A DNA stretch of 64,000 nt from an uncultured Pseudomonadota bacterium. Its GTDB lineage: Bacteria; Pseudomonadota; Gammaproteobacteria; Burkholderiales; SG8-39. The DNA lies in NCBI GenBank assembly GCA_903921325.1, contig CAIXPL010000037.1:287621-351620 (forward strand), given 5' to 3'. The notes under the pieces were generated by a model. That model ran no database searches, had not been told where the DNA came from, and saw nothing but the letters and a program-made list of their open reading frames with translations. Shown one piece after another: positions 1 to 10,663 of the stretch. The position numbers and the translations under genes were made by a program. Within the stretch, counting starts at the first letter, position 1, and the number at the start of each line of letters is the position of its first letter.

Positions 1-1
1 C

Positions 2-679
2 AAAGGCCGCGAGCTGGCCGCGCGGGCCCTTGAGGTTGCCGCTGCCGATATCGTTTTTGCTGATGGACGCTACCATATCGCCGGCACCGATCGCAGCGTC
101 ACCCTGGATAGCCTGATCGAACAGCACTCGGGCGGCGCGGTACACCCGCTGGATACCCGCTCCAGTGCCCGTACCGGGGGCACGTTTCCCAATGGCTGTC
201 ATGTGGCCGAAGTCGAGATTGATCCGACGACCGGAGTGGTTGAAATCGTGCGCTTCAGTGCTGTGGACGACGCCGGTACGATACTCAATCACACCATCGT
301 TGCCGGGCAAATGCATGGCGGCATCACGCAGGGCGCCGGCCAGGTGCTCGGTGAGCACGCGATATGCGACAGGCAGAGCGGCCAGTTGCTGACCGGCAGC
401 TTCATGGATTACCCCATGCCGCGGGCGATCATGATTCATGGACTGACCCTCGCCGAGCACCCGGTGCCGACGCCGACCAATGTCCTCGGCGCCAAAGGGG
501 TGGGCGAGGCTGGCGTGACGGGCTCGCTGCCCGCGCTGATGAATGCCATACTTGCAGCCTTGCGCACGGCAGGGGTGACACACTTTGACATGCCGGCGAC
601 GCCGGCCAGGATCTGGGGGGCGATCGAGGCGGCGCGCGCCGGGGATGCCCGTCGTTTTGCTTATGATCGCGCGCAGTGA
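2..679 (+). CDS. Molybdopterin-binding large subunit of a CO dehydrogenase / xanthine dehydrogenase-family hydroxylase (CoxL-like). C-terminal part only; the 5' end lies outside the window.
   Basis: Frame 2 is open from the window edge to the stop at 677-679. The translation (...FPNGCHVAEVEIDPTTGVVEIVRFSAVDDAGTILN...GAKGVGEAGVTGSLPA...) fits the conserved C-terminal Mo-pterin domain. FAD and 2Fe-2S subunit genes follow. Confidence 0.85.
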   Translation, partial: KGRELAARALEVAAADIVFADGRYHIAGTDRSVTLDSLIEQHSGGAVHPLDTRSSARTGGTFPNGCHVAEVEIDPTTGVVEIVRFSAVDDAGTILNHTIVAGQMHGGITQGAGQVLGEHAICDRQSGQLLTGSFMDYPMPRAIMIHGLTLAEHPVPTPTNVLGAKGVGEAGVTGSLPALMNAILAALRTAGVTHFDMPATPARIWGAIEAARAGDARRFAYDRAQ

Positions 680-805
680 AAGGCCCACCCTGCTGTTCGC
701 CCGTGTTTCTGAGTCAGAATGAACGTGAATGATCAGTACCGGAGTGCCGCTGTTTGAACGCTTGATTGAACCGTGTTTTAAGCCGAACAACCTGATAAAG
801 ACACC

Positions 806-1624
806 ATGTACGAATTCAGCTATGTGAAACCAGCCTCGCTTGACGAGGCCGCTCAATTGCTTGCAAACCACGACGATGCGAAGCCATTGTCCGGTGGCAT
901 GACGCTGATCCCGACGCTCAAACAGCGTCTGGCCCAGCCATCGCACCTGATCGACATCGCGGCTTTGACCGAATTGCGCGGCATTGAGGTCACAGCCGGT
1001 CAGTTGATCATCGGTGCGGCGACCCGGCACATCGAGGTGGCCACCTCGATGACGGTGCGCACTGCACTGCCAGCCTTGGCGGCCTTGGCTTCGACCATCG
1101 GCGATCCGCAGGTACGCAATCGCGGTACCTTGGGGGGCTCGGTGGCCAATAATGATCCCAACGCCGACTACCCGGCTGCAGTGCTCGCACTGGGCGCAAC
1201 TGTTCACACGCAGCGTCGTGCCATTGCCGCCGATGATTTCTTCCAGGGCGTGTTCACCACCGCCATCGAAGAGGGCGAGCTGATCACCCGGATCGCGTTT
1301 CCGCTGCCGACCCGGGCCGCCTACGCCAAATTCCCGCATCCGGCCTCCGGCTTTGCGATGACCGGGGTGTTTGTGGCCGAAACCGGCGGGCGTGTGCGTG
1401 TTGCCGTGACCGGAGCAGGTCCGGGGGTGTTTCGCTGGCGTGAAGCGGAGGCTGCACTGGCCGATCGCTTCGCTGCTGAATCAATTGAGGCACTGGTGGT
1501 TGACCCGAGCGGGCTGAATGCCGATATTCATGCGCCGGCTGAATACCGTGCCAATTTGATGAAAGTCCTGGCAAGCCGCGCGTTGCGCGCAATTCTGAAT
1601 TCAAGCGAAGGGGCAGTTGCATGA
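806..1624 (+). CDS. FAD-binding medium subunit of the same molybdoenzyme (CoxM-like)
   Basis: 272 aa with PCMH-type FAD-binding motifs ([27 protein letters not shown]). Its end makes a 4-nt ATGA overlap with the next gene. Confidence 0.85.
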   Translation: MYEFSYVKPASLDEAAQLLANHDDAKPLSGGMTLIPTLKQRLAQPSHLIDIAALTELRGIEVTAGQLIIGAATRHIEVATSMTVRTALPALAALASTIGDPQVRNRGTLGGSVANNDPNADYPAAVLALGATVHTQRRAIAADDFFQGVFTTAIEEGELITRIAFPLPTRAAYAKFPHPASGFAMTGVFVAETGGRVRVAVTGAGPGVFRWREAEAALADRFAAESIEALVVDPSGLNADIHAPAEYRANLMKVLASRALRAILNSSEGAVA

Positions 1625-2103
1625 GCAAGGTGGCATTGACTGTCAACGGCAAGCCGGTCGAGGTCGAGGTCGAGCACCGGACCTTGTTGTCCACGGTGCT
1701 GCGTGAGGCGCTCGGGCTCACCGGCACGCATATCGGCTGTGATACCAGCCAGTGCGGCGCGTGCACGGTGCATCTGGACGGACGGGTGGTGAAATCGTGT
1801 ACGGTGCTTGCGGTGCAAGTGCAGGGCCAGTCGGTCAAAACCATCGAGGGCCTTGCGCCGTCGTTCGACGCGAGCGGCGCCCGGCTGCATCCGGTGCAGC
1901 AGGCATTCTCGGAATGTCATGCGCTGCAATGCGGATTTTGCACGCCCGGCATGATCATGGCAGTCACCGGATTACTGCAGGATCATCCACAGCCCGATGA
2001 TCAGCAGATCATTCACGGTCTGGAGGGCAATCTTTGTCGGTGTACCGGTTATGTCAACATCATCAAGGCAGTCAAGCAGGCCGCGCAGATGATGCAGGCC
2101 TAG
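1621..2103 (+). CDS. [2Fe-2S]-binding small subunit (CoxS-like)
   Basis: 160 aa with two Cys clusters typical of the family: [12 protein letters not shown], and CGFCTPG...CRCTGY. Confidence 0.9.
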   Translation: MSKVALTVNGKPVEVEVEHRTLLSTVLREALGLTGTHIGCDTSQCGACTVHLDGRVVKSCTVLAVQVQGQSVKTIEGLAPSFDASGARLHPVQQAFSECHALQCGFCTPGMIMAVTGLLQDHPQPDDQQIIHGLEGNLCRCTGYVNIIKAVKQAAQMMQA

Positions 2104-2179
2104 TTCGAAGGGATCACGCGAGTGCTCTGAGCGCTGGTCGGGTTCCCGCGCCCAGGTCCTCTGTGGTGCCGTGCCAGAG

Positions 2180-2428
2180 ATGAAATATCTACTCGTGCTG
2201 CTGGTGGCCGCGGTGGTCTATTCACTGTGGAAAAATCGCGCCGGCAGTGTGCGCCGCGCTCCTCCCCCGGGGGGTGGCCCCTCTGTCGCGCCGTCCCGGG
2301 CGCGACCGGCCGAGGTGATGATCGCCTGTGAGCACTGCGGCTTGCATGTGCCCGCAGGTGAGGCGATCGTTCAAAGCGGTCACACGTTCTGCAGCCGCGA
2401 GCACGCGCACAGCGGTGTGCACCGATGA
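2180..2428 (+). CDS. Small membrane-anchored Cys/His zinc-ribbon (TRASH-like) protein. Resembles what I recall as the PP0621 family.
   Basis: N-terminal TM helix (YLLVLLVAAVVYSLW), a Pro/Gly/Arg linker, then CEHCGLHVP-x-FCSREHAH. The stop overlaps the downstream kinase start (ATGA). An alternative GTG start lies at 2171. Confidence 0.6.
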   Translation: MKYLLVLLVAAVVYSLWKNRAGSVRRAPPPGGGPSVAPSRARPAEVMIACEHCGLHVPAGEAIVQSGHTFCSREHAHSGVHR

Positions 2429-4017
2429 TCGGCCTCGGTGTGGCCGGTGGCGCGACGAGTACGGAAGGCTCGTATCACAACCTGCTGTTACTGCTCGATC
2501 TGTTTCGCCTGGCGGTCGCATCCACTTTCCTGTTTCTGCTGATCACCGGTGCGGCACTCACTTTTGATATCGGCATCGCCGATCCGCGCTTGTTTGCCAG
2601 CGCTACGGTCGCCTATCTGTTGCTGTCAATTGGCGCGCTCGCCCTTGCTTCGCGGCCAAGCGAACTCGAGTCGACCCTGCTCACGCTGGGGGTGATGCTC
2701 GATGTCGTTGCAATCATTTCGGTAATGCATGCCAGTGGCGGCTTCAAGAGTGGTCTGGCGGTGTTGCTGCTATTCTCGGTGGCCGGGGCTGCGGTGCTGG
2801 CCGATCGCACCATGACCCTGTTCCATGCGGCCAGCGCCTCGATTGGCTTGCTGTTCGATCAGGTCAATCGAATGCTGCACGCCGATCAGTACAGCGTTCA
2901 GCTCCTTGAGCCCGGATTGCTGTGTGTCGGATATTTTGTCATCAGCATCATGTTGAATGCCCTGGCGGGCCGGGTGATCAGCAGCGAGCGGGTCGCGGTG
3001 CGCCGCGGCAGGGAATTGGAAAACCAGCTGCGTCTGAACGAGCTGGTGATTCAGGACGTGGAGGATGGAGTGATCGTGCTGGATGACAGCGGACAAGTCC
3101 TGATCGCCAATCGTTCGGTGTCACGCATGATCGGCGTCACACTCGGTCCCGGAACGCAGATTGAATCCACGTGTCCGGAACTGGCCGACACCGAACGCGC
3201 CTGGCGAGTCCAGCCGGAGCGCCCGCCCGCGGTCGTTGATCTGCCCATCACGGGTCGACGGGCGCGGCCCCGGTTCGTCCCGGTGGGTGAAGGGAATCAG
3301 GTGCTGGTGCTGATCGAAGACCTATCGCGTCAGGAGGAGCGCAGCCATCAACTGAAACTCGCGGCGCTGGGACGCTTGACCGCCAACATTGCGCATGAAA
3401 TCCGCAATCCGCTGGCGGCCATCATGCACGCTGCCGATCTATTGGCTGAAGACCGCGCGGCAAGCGGTGCGCCGCGTTTGCTGGAGATCATTCGCGACAA
3501 CGGCCGGCGGCTGGATCGCCTGGTGAGCGATGTCATGCAGTTGGCGCGGCGTGACCGCGCCAATCCCGAACAGATTGATCTGGAGCAATGGGTGGTCAAT
3601 TTTGCCAGTGACTTCGGTCACTCCGAACGTCTGCCCGCCGATGCTCTTGGCCTCGATCTCGCCCCTGGCGTGATGGTGACAAGTGATCCGGTTCATCTCA
3701 ACCAGATCATGTGGAATCTGGCGCATAACGCATGGCGTCACGGCAGTGGCCGGCCAGGGAGCGTTCGTCTGGTGAGCCGCAAACGCAAACGGGCGGTCGA
3801 GCTGGATGTGCGCGACGATGGCCCCGGCATTGCACCTGACCTGCGTACACAGATCTTCGAACCTTTTTTCACAACATTCAGCAAAGGCACTGGCCTGGGG
3901 CTGTATATCGCACGCGAGCTGGCTCAGGCGAGCGGCGCACGTCTCGAGTTTCGCCCCGAGGAGCCGCAGACCACGTTTCGCCTGATCTGGCCGCTTGACT
4001 CGACGGGTGCCGCATGA
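2425..4017 (+). CDS. pilS: PilS-like membrane sensor histidine kinase
   Basis: 530 aa. Multi-TM N-terminus, PAS-like segment (VIQDVEDGVIVLDDSGQVLIANRS), H-box (IAHEIRNPLAAI), and N/G boxes (WNLAHNAWRH, DDGPGI, GTGLGLYIAR). Confidence 0.65.
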   Translation: MIGLGVAGGATSTEGSYHNLLLLLDLFRLAVASTFLFLLITGAALTFDIGIADPRLFASATVAYLLLSIGALALASRPSELESTLLTLGVMLDVVAIISVMHASGGFKSGLAVLLLFSVAGAAVLADRTMTLFHAASASIGLLFDQVNRMLHADQYSVQLLEPGLLCVGYFVISIMLNALAGRVISSERVAVRRGRELENQLRLNELVIQDVEDGVIVLDDSGQVLIANRSVSRMIGVTLGPGTQIESTCPELADTERAWRVQPERPPAVVDLPITGRRARPRFVPVGEGNQVLVLIEDLSRQEERSHQLKLAALGRLTANIAHEIRNPLAAIMHAADLLAEDRAASGAPRLLEIIRDNGRRLDRLVSDVMQLARRDRANPEQIDLEQWVVNFASDFGHSERLPADALGLDLAPGVMVTSDPVHLNQIMWNLAHNAWRHGSGRPGSVRLVSRKRKRAVELDVRDDGPGIAPDLRTQIFEPFFTTFSKGTGLGLYIARELAQASGARLEFRPEEPQTTFRLIWPLDSTGAA

Positions 4018-5489
4018 AGCCGCGCGCCAGCCAGCGTCCAGCGGTGCTGTTCGTCGACGACGAAGCCGACCTGCGCGAGCTGGTCAGTCTCACCATCGAG
4101 CGCATGGGCCTGGATGTGACCACGGCCGGCTCGCTGGCCGAAGCGCATGGCGCACTGTCTGCGCAGGCGTTTCAATTGCTGCTCACCGATATGCGTTTGC
4201 CCGACGGCGAGGGCCTGCAGCTATTGCGCTACGTAGCAACGCGCTATCCGAATTTGCCGGTCGCCGTGATCACCGCGTTTGGCAATACCGAAAATGCGGT
4301 GGCAGCGCTCAAGGCGGGGGCATTTGACTATCTGAGCAAACCGGTCTCGGTGGATGACCTGCGCCGCTTGGTGCAACTCGCGCTGCGGGTGCCTGCGCAG
4401 GCTGATCCCGGCGAACTGGCGCGCGACCGTCTGCTCGGGTCAAGTGCGCCCATCATCCAGGTGCGCGCGCTGATTGCCCGGTTGTCCCGCTCGCAGGCGC
4501 CGGTCTACATCAGCGGTGAATCGGGTAGCGGCAAGGAGATGGCAGCCCGCCTGCTGCATGAAGGCGGCGCGCGCAGCGACCGGCCGTTTGTTGCGGTCAA
4601 TTGCGGTGCCATCCCGGAAACGCTGATGGAGAGTGAATTCTTCGGTTATCGCAAGGGCTCCTTTACCGGGGCCAGCGAGGACCGCGGTGGGTTTTTCCAT
4701 GCCGCTCACGGTGGCACCCTGTTTCTGGACGAGGTCGCCGATCTGCCCCTCGCCATGCAGGTGAAATTATTGCGTGTCATTCAGGAGAAGCGGGTGCGCA
4801 AGGTCGGGGCGACCAGCGAAGACCCGGTCGATGTGCGCATTCTGTGCGCCACTCACCAGAATCTCGCTGCCCTGGTGGAGGCCGGCCGCTTTCGGCAGGA
4901 TCTGTACTACCGTCTGGCGGTCATTGATCTGCGCATGCCGTCCTTGCGTGAATGCCGCGACGATATTCCTCTGCTGGCGCAGTCCCTGCTCGCGCGTATG
5001 GCGGCACAGCACGGCGAGCCGATGCCGCGCGTGTCGAATGAAGCGATCACGGCGCTGATGGCCTACGACTTTCCTGGCAACGTGCGCGAACTCGAAAACA
5101 TTCTTGAGCGCGCGGTCGCTCTGTGCGGCGGAGCGACCATTCAGGTTGATGATCTGCGTCTGGCCGGCCGCGAATCAGGCGCGCAGTCACTGTCGCCACG
5201 GACCATGATCACGGCCACCGGATCGGCGCCCATGCCGCTTGCCGGATCAGCACCTGTGCAGCCGGTCATAACCGGTCACAGCCAGTGGCCAGCCGATTTT
5301 CTGTTGGACCAGGAGGGCGCGCAGTCGCGACCTTTGCCCGACTTTCTGGAGGAGATAGAGCGCGAAGCGATACTGTCTGCGCTCGCCAAGACCGGGTTCA
5401 ATCGAACCAAGGCCGCACAGGTGCTGGGCATAACGTTTCGCGCATTGCGTTATCGCATGGAACGATTGGGGATCAAGGAGCCTGAGTGA
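4014..5489 (+). CDS. pilR: Sigma-54-dependent response regulator, PilR-like
   Basis: REC domain (LLLTDMRLPDGEG, GAFDYLSKP), AAA+ sigma-54 activator domain (GESGSGKE, ESEFFGYRKGSFTGA), and a C-terminal Fis-type HTH (NRTKAAQVLGITFRALRYRM). ATGA overlap with pilS. Confidence 0.75.
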   Translation: MKPRASQRPAVLFVDDEADLRELVSLTIERMGLDVTTAGSLAEAHGALSAQAFQLLLTDMRLPDGEGLQLLRYVATRYPNLPVAVITAFGNTENAVAALKAGAFDYLSKPVSVDDLRRLVQLALRVPAQADPGELARDRLLGSSAPIIQVRALIARLSRSQAPVYISGESGSGKEMAARLLHEGGARSDRPFVAVNCGAIPETLMESEFFGYRKGSFTGASEDRGGFFHAAHGGTLFLDEVADLPLAMQVKLLRVIQEKRVRKVGATSEDPVDVRILCATHQNLAALVEAGRFRQDLYYRLAVIDLRMPSLRECRDDIPLLAQSLLARMAAQHGEPMPRVSNEAITALMAYDFPGNVRELENILERAVALCGGATIQVDDLRLAGRESGAQSLSPRTMITATGSAPMPLAGSAPVQPVITGHSQWPADFLLDQEGAQSRPLPDFLEEIEREAILSALAKTGFNRTKAAQVLGITFRALRYRMERLGIKEPE

Positions 5490-6043
5490 GGCTTGACGCC
5501 GGCTGGCTCGACTGCGCCGAGCAATGCGTGTCCCCCAATTGCGACGAGCGGCCGGCTGACACCGCGATTTCGTTGTTGGTATTGCACAACATCAGCCTAC
5601 CCCCCGGGCAATATGGCGGATCTGCGGTGGCTGAGTTCTTTACCAATCGCCTTGACTGCGACAGTCATCCTCAATTCGCTAGTCTGCGCGGCGTGCGCGT
5701 ATCGGCCCACTTGCTGCTGCGACGTAATGGCAGTTGGATTCAATTCGTGCCGTTCGGCTTGCGCGCATGGCATGCCGGCGTGTCGTGCTGGCAGGGTGCC
5801 GAGCGCTGCAACGACTATTCGATCGGCATCGAACTTGAGGGCACTGACAGCGACCCGTATTGCGAGGTGCAGTACGGGTCGCTGCTGAGAGTCATCCGTT
5901 TGCTTGCCCGGGCGTATCCGATCACGGACGTGGTGGGGCATTGCGATATCGCACCGGGGCGCAAGACCGATCCAGGCGCAGCGTTTGATTGGCGCCGCAT
6001 CGACGGCTGGAAGTCGATCAGCGATCAGCCAGCGATGCGTTGA
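5486..6043 (+). CDS. ampD: 1,6-anhydro-N-acetylmuramyl-L-alanine amidase AmpD
   Basis: 185 aa. Collinear with the E. coli AmpD sequence as I recall it (VLHNISLPPG, RVSAHLLLRRNG, RAWHAGVS, RCNDYSIGIELEG, GHCDIAPGRKTDPG). GTGA overlap with pilR. Confidence 0.9.
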   Translation: MRLDAGWLDCAEQCVSPNCDERPADTAISLLVLHNISLPPGQYGGSAVAEFFTNRLDCDSHPQFASLRGVRVSAHLLLRRNGSWIQFVPFGLRAWHAGVSCWQGAERCNDYSIGIELEGTDSDPYCEVQYGSLLRVIRLLARAYPITDVVGHCDIAPGRKTDPGAAFDWRRIDGWKSISDQPAMR

Positions 6044-6145
6044 CCGGTCGTGCAGCGCACGCGTGGTGCTCCCGCCACCACTGTGCCAGTGTGTCAGCAA
6101 TGTTGCGATGCATAAGCATGGAATGAAACATTCTGAAAAAAAGTC

Positions 6146-6210
6146 TTGCGCTACCCAAAAAAAACCCTAGAATTTGGGTTGTGAATCGGCACGACCACTA
6201 CAGGTAGTGA
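6146..6210 (+). promoter_or_regulatory. Candidate sigma-70 promoter of nrdAB overlapped by two NrdR boxes
   Basis: The promoter is TTGCGC (6146-6151), a 16-nt spacer, then TAGAAT (6168-6173). Box 1 is ACCCTAGAATTTGGGT (6164-6179) and box 2 is CCACTACAGGTAGTGA (6195-6210). Both are 16-bp palindromes resembling the NrdR consensus acaCwAtATaTwGtgt. Their centres are 31 bp apart. Confidence 0.6.
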
Positions 6211-6415
6211 TTGGGCCAGATTGCAGCAAGCTTGGGCCACATCGATGACCGTACTGTGAATCGGTGCGATCGGGCCCGCAACAAAGTTGAAGATCGTAAG
6301 CGCGAGGACATCCGATTCAGCGGGTGTTGCGTGACAAAGAACAGTGTCATTGGCCGCGTGCTCATCGTGATGCAGCGGCCCAGACAATTAAAAGTACGCG
6401 CAAGGGAGAAGCACT

Positions 6416-9256
6416 ATGCAGATGTCTGGCGAAGTGGTTGCAGCAAGGACAGTTGCACCACAAGGCGCACCTGTCGAACTGGCAAGCCACAGTGAGTCGT
6501 CGACGCAACAGTACAAAGTGATCCGCCGGACCGGCGCCGTCGTCGGCTTCGAACCCGGCAAGATTTCGGTCGCCATGACCAAGGCATTTCTCGCAGTCGA
6601 AGGCGGGCAGGGCGCCGCCTCTGCCCGCGTGCGTGAACTGGTCGCTGGATTGACTGACAGCGTGGTCGGCACGCTGGCCCGACGCCAGCCCTCGGGCGGT
6701 ACGTTCCATATTGAAGACATTCAGGATCAGGTGGAACTGGCCCTGATGCGTTCCGGGCAGCACGAAGTGGCACGTGCCTATGTCCTCTATCGCGAGCAGC
6801 GCTCGCTTGCGCGCGCGAGCGCGGCTGCGGCACGCGCGCCGGCTGACGCGCCCCTCATTCATATTGTCGATCGTGGCGAGCGCCGTCCGCTTGACCTGGG
6901 CCTGCTTGATCAGACGATTGCCGCTGCCTGCGATGGCTTGGGTGATCGTGTGGAGCGCACCACCATCCGCGAGGAAACGCTCAAGAATCTCTACGATGGC
7001 ATCCCGCTTGAAGAAGTGTGGAAGTCAGCCATCCTGTCGGCGCGGTCGCTGATCGAGCGTGATCCGGCGCATTCGCAAGTCACCGCGCGGCTCCTGCTCG
7101 GCACCATACGGCGTGAAGTGTTTGGCGAAGAAGTCTCGCACGCCGACATGCATACCCGTTATGCCACCTGGCTGGTCGATTACGTCAAGCTTGGCATTGG
7201 CAACCAGTTGCTCGATGAGCGCCTGGCGAGCTTTGATCTGGCGCGTCTGGGGGCGGCGCTGGACGCCGATCGCGATCTGCAGTTTGGCTATCTGGGGCTG
7301 CAGACGCTTTATGACCGCTACTTTCTGCACATTGACGAGCGGCGCATCGAGCTGCCGCAGATTTTTTTCATGCGCGTGGCCATGGGGCTGTCCCTGAACG
7401 AAATCGATCGCGAAGCGCGCGCAATCGAGTTCTACAACGTGCTGTCGAGCTTTGATTTCATGAGCTCGACGCCGACCTTGTTCAACTCCGGTTCTTTGCG
7501 CTCACAGCTCTCCAGTTGCTACCTCACCACGGTTGCCGATGACCTCGATGGCATCTATGAGGCAATCAAGGAAAACGCGCTGCTCGCCAAATACGCCGGC
7601 GGGCTGGGCAATGACTGGACACCGGTGCGCGCCCTCGGTGCCCACATCAAGGGTACCAACGGCAAGTCGCAAGGGGTGGTGCCGTTTCTGAAGGTGGTCA
7701 ACGACACCGCGGTGGCGGTCAATCAGGGCGGCAAGCGCAAGGGCGCGGTGTGCGCCTATCTGGAGACCTGGCATCTGGACATCGAGGAATTTCTCGACCT
7801 GCGCAAGAACACGGGGGATGACCGTCGTCGCACCCATGACATGAATACCGCCAACTGGATCCCGGATCTGTTCATGCGCCGGGTGATGGAAGGCGGTGAA
7901 TGGACCTTGTTCTCGCCCTCCGATGTGCCAGAGTTGCACGACCGTTACGGCCGCGCGTTTGAGGCGGCGTACGTGCGCTATGAGGGCAAGGCAGCCAGCG
8001 GCGAGTTGCGTTTGTTCAAGAAGCTGCCTGCGGTCCAGTTGTGGCGCAAGATGCTCTCGATGCTGTTTGAGACCGGCCATCCCTGGATCACGTTCAAGGA
8101 CCCCTGCAACATACGCTCGCCGCAGCAGCATGTCGGGGTGGTGCATAGCTCCAATCTGTGCACCGAGATCACCTTGAACACTGGTGACCATGAAATTGCC
8201 GTGTGCAATCTGGGCTCGGTGAATCTCGTGGCGCATATGCGCGACGGCGTGCTCGACCATGACAAGCTCAAGCGCACCATCACCACCGCCATGCGCATGC
8301 TCGACAACGTGATCGACATCAATTACTACGCGGTGGCCAAGGCACGCAATTCCAACCTGAAGCATCGTCCGGTTGGGTTGGGCATCATGGGCTTTCAGGA
8401 TTGCCTGCACTTGCTGCGGGTGCCTTATGCTTCCAACGAAGCGGTCGAATTTGCCGACCAGTCGATGGAGGCGGTGGCCTACTACGCCTACTGGGCATCA
8501 AGCGAACTGGCGGCAGAGCGGGGACGCTATGCGAGCTATCGCGGTTCGCTGTGGGATCGCGGCGTGCTGCCGCAGGACTCGATCGGCTTGCTGCGCGATG
8601 AGCGCGGTGGTTATGTCGAAGTCGATGAAAGCCAGACGCTCGACTGGGCTGCGCTGCGCAAGCAGATTGCACAGCACGGCATGCGCAATTCCAATTGCCT
8701 CGCCATTGCACCGACCGCCACCATTTCCAACATCGTTGGCGTGGCCGCGTCGATTGAACCGACCTATCAGAATCTGTATGTGAAATCGAACCTGTCGGGC
8801 GAATTCACCATGGTCAATGACTACCTGGTGCGCGAATTGAAAGAGCGCGGACTATGGGACGAAGTGATGATTGCGGATCTGAAGTATTTCGATGGCAACC
8901 TGGCCCGTATCGATCGCATGCCCGAGGAATTGCGGCGCATCTACGCGACTGCGTTCGAGTGCGAGCCGGCGTGGCTGGTGGAATGTGCCGCACGGCGGCA
9001 GAAATGGATCGATCAGTCGCAGTCATTGAATCTGTACATGGCCGGTGCATCGGGCAAAAAGCTTGACGATGTCTACAAGCTCGCCTGGCTGCGCGGACTG
9101 AAGACCACCTATTACCTGCGCACGATGGGTGCGACCCATGCCGAGAAGTCGACCGTGAAGTCGGGTCAGCTGAACGCGGTGCCCAGTGACGTGGCGCAAG
9201 CCGTAGAACCAAAATTCTGCGCAATTGATGATCCGGGCTGCGAAGCCTGCCAGTAA
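6416..9256 (+). CDS. nrdA: Class Ia ribonucleoside-diphosphate reductase alpha subunit
   Basis: 946 aa with an N-terminal ATP-cone, the catalytic SSNLCTEI motif, and a C-terminal CxxC tail (GCEACQ). RBS AAGGGAG lies upstream. Confidence 0.95.
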   Translation: MQMSGEVVAARTVAPQGAPVELASHSESSTQQYKVIRRTGAVVGFEPGKISVAMTKAFLAVEGGQGAASARVRELVAGLTDSVVGTLARRQPSGGTFHIEDIQDQVELALMRSGQHEVARAYVLYREQRSLARASAAAARAPADAPLIHIVDRGERRPLDLGLLDQTIAAACDGLGDRVERTTIREETLKNLYDGIPLEEVWKSAILSARSLIERDPAHSQVTARLLLGTIRREVFGEEVSHADMHTRYATWLVDYVKLGIGNQLLDERLASFDLARLGAALDADRDLQFGYLGLQTLYDRYFLHIDERRIELPQIFFMRVAMGLSLNEIDREARAIEFYNVLSSFDFMSSTPTLFNSGSLRSQLSSCYLTTVADDLDGIYEAIKENALLAKYAGGLGNDWTPVRALGAHIKGTNGKSQGVVPFLKVVNDTAVAVNQGGKRKGAVCAYLETWHLDIEEFLDLRKNTGDDRRRTHDMNTANWIPDLFMRRVMEGGEWTLFSPSDVPELHDRYGRAFEAAYVRYEGKAASGELRLFKKLPAVQLWRKMLSMLFETGHPWITFKDPCNIRSPQQHVGVVHSSNLCTEITLNTGDHEIAVCNLGSVNLVAHMRDGVLDHDKLKRTITTAMRMLDNVIDINYYAVAKARNSNLKHRPVGLGIMGFQDCLHLLRVPYASNEAVEFADQSMEAVAYYAYWASSELAAERGRYASYRGSLWDRGVLPQDSIGLLRDERGGYVEVDESQTLDWAALRKQIAQHGMRNSNCLAIAPTATISNIVGVAASIEPTYQNLYVKSNLSGEFTMVNDYLVRELKERGLWDEVMIADLKYFDGNLARIDRMPEELRRIYATAFECEPAWLVECAARRQKWIDQSQSLNLYMAGASGKKLDDVYKLAWLRGLKTTYYLRTMGATHAEKSTVKSGQLNAVPSDVAQAVEPKFCAIDDPGCEACQ

Positions 9257-9273
9257 GCAAGGACCTGATAGAC

Positions 9274-10443
9274 ATGCTGAATTTCGAGGACGAGGCAGTG
9301 CAGATCGCGGGCCTGAATCCGGCCGTGCACGCACCGCTTGCAACCGGCACCCGCGCGACCTTGCTGCCCGATGGCGCAGCGGCGGCATCAGCCACCGACA
9401 GCACGACAGAACCGACGCGCAGCGATCGTCGTATTCGTGCCGAGGACAAGCGGGTGATCAACGGCGGGACGGACGTCAATCAGTTGGTGCCGTTCAAGTA
9501 CAAATGGGCCTGGGACAAGTACCTGGCCGCCTGCGCCAACCACTGGATGCCGCAGGAAGTGAACATGAGTCGCGATATCGCGCTGTGGAAGAATCCGAAC
9601 GGGCTCACCGATGACGAGCGCCGGCTGGTCAAGCGTAACCTCGGCTTCTTTGTCACCGGCGACTCGCTTGCGGCAAACAATATTGTGCTGGGCACTTATC
9701 GCCACATCACGGCGCCTGAATGCCGTCAGTATCTGCTGCGGCAGGCGTTCGAGGAGGCGATCCACACGCATGCTTATCAATACATTGTCGAGAGTCTGGG
9801 ACTCGATGAGGGCGAAGTGTTCAACGCGTATCACGAGATCGACAGCATCCGTGAGAAGGATGAATTTCTCATTCCCTTCATCGACATTCTGACCGATCCA
9901 TCCTTTCAAACCGGCACGCTGGCCAATGACCAGGCATTGCTGCGCAGCTTGATCGTATTTGCCTGCATCATGGAAGGCTTGTTCTTCTATGTTGGCTTTG
10001 CGCAGATCCTCGCGCTGGGTCGACAGAACAAGATGACCGGGGCTGCCGAGCAGTACCAATACATCCTGCGGGACGAGTCGATGCACTGCAATTTCGGCAT
10101 CGATCTGATCAATCAGATCAAGCTTGAAAATCCGCATCTGTGGACCACGCAGTTTCGCGATGAGATCCAGACTTTGATGCGTCGCGCAGTTGAGTTAGAG
10201 TATCGCTATGCTGAGGACACAATGCCGCGCGGTGTCCTCGGGTTGAATGCGCCGATGTTCAAAGAATATCTGCGCTTTATTGCAAACAGAAGGTGTCATC
10301 AGATCGGTCTTGAACAGTTGTATCAGGGAGCAACCAACCCGTTTCCCTGGATGAGTGAAATGATTGATCTGAAGAAGGAGCGCAACTTCTTTGAGACTCG
10401 AGTGATTGAGTATCAGACCGGGGGCGCGCTGAACTGGGAATAA
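9274..10443 (+). CDS. nrdB: Class Ia ribonucleotide reductase beta subunit
   Basis: 389 aa with diiron motifs [10 protein letters not shown] and RDESMHCNF. Lies directly downstream of nrdA. Confidence 0.93.
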   Translation: MLNFEDEAVQIAGLNPAVHAPLATGTRATLLPDGAAAASATDSTTEPTRSDRRIRAEDKRVINGGTDVNQLVPFKYKWAWDKYLAACANHWMPQEVNMSRDIALWKNPNGLTDDERRLVKRNLGFFVTGDSLAANNIVLGTYRHITAPECRQYLLRQAFEEAIHTHAYQYIVESLGLDEGEVFNAYHEIDSIREKDEFLIPFIDILTDPSFQTGTLANDQALLRSLIVFACIMEGLFFYVGFAQILALGRQNKMTGAAEQYQYILRDESMHCNFGIDLINQIKLENPHLWTTQFRDEIQTLMRRAVELEYRYAEDTMPRGVLGLNAPMFKEYLRFIANRRCHQIGLEQLYQGATNPFPWMSEMIDLKKERNFFETRVIEYQTGGALNWE

Positions 10444-10530
10444 GCAGTTGTTGAGGCAAGGCAGTTGCTTCAACCGGCATGGGTTTAACGGTGTTGCGGT
10501 TTGCAGGAACCGTGACATCGTCAGTATCTT

Positions 10531-10560
10531 AAGCGGGCCGTTCGTGCAGTCCGCTTTTTG
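10531..10560 (+). terminator. Rho-independent terminator after nrdB
   Basis: Stem AAGCGGGC / GTCCGCTT (one mismatch) followed by TTTTT. A second imperfect hairpin, GTTGAGGCAA...TTGCTTCAAC, lies about 10 nt after the nrdB stop. Confidence 0.6.
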
Positions 10561-10663
10561 AGTTCGGTGTTGTACGAGCTGTCAGGCGTGCAGTGCCGGA
10601 TCGCCGGAGAGAGGTCTCTCCGGTTCGTGTGGTGTGTTTGTCCAACTCTCCAAGGAGTGCAAC

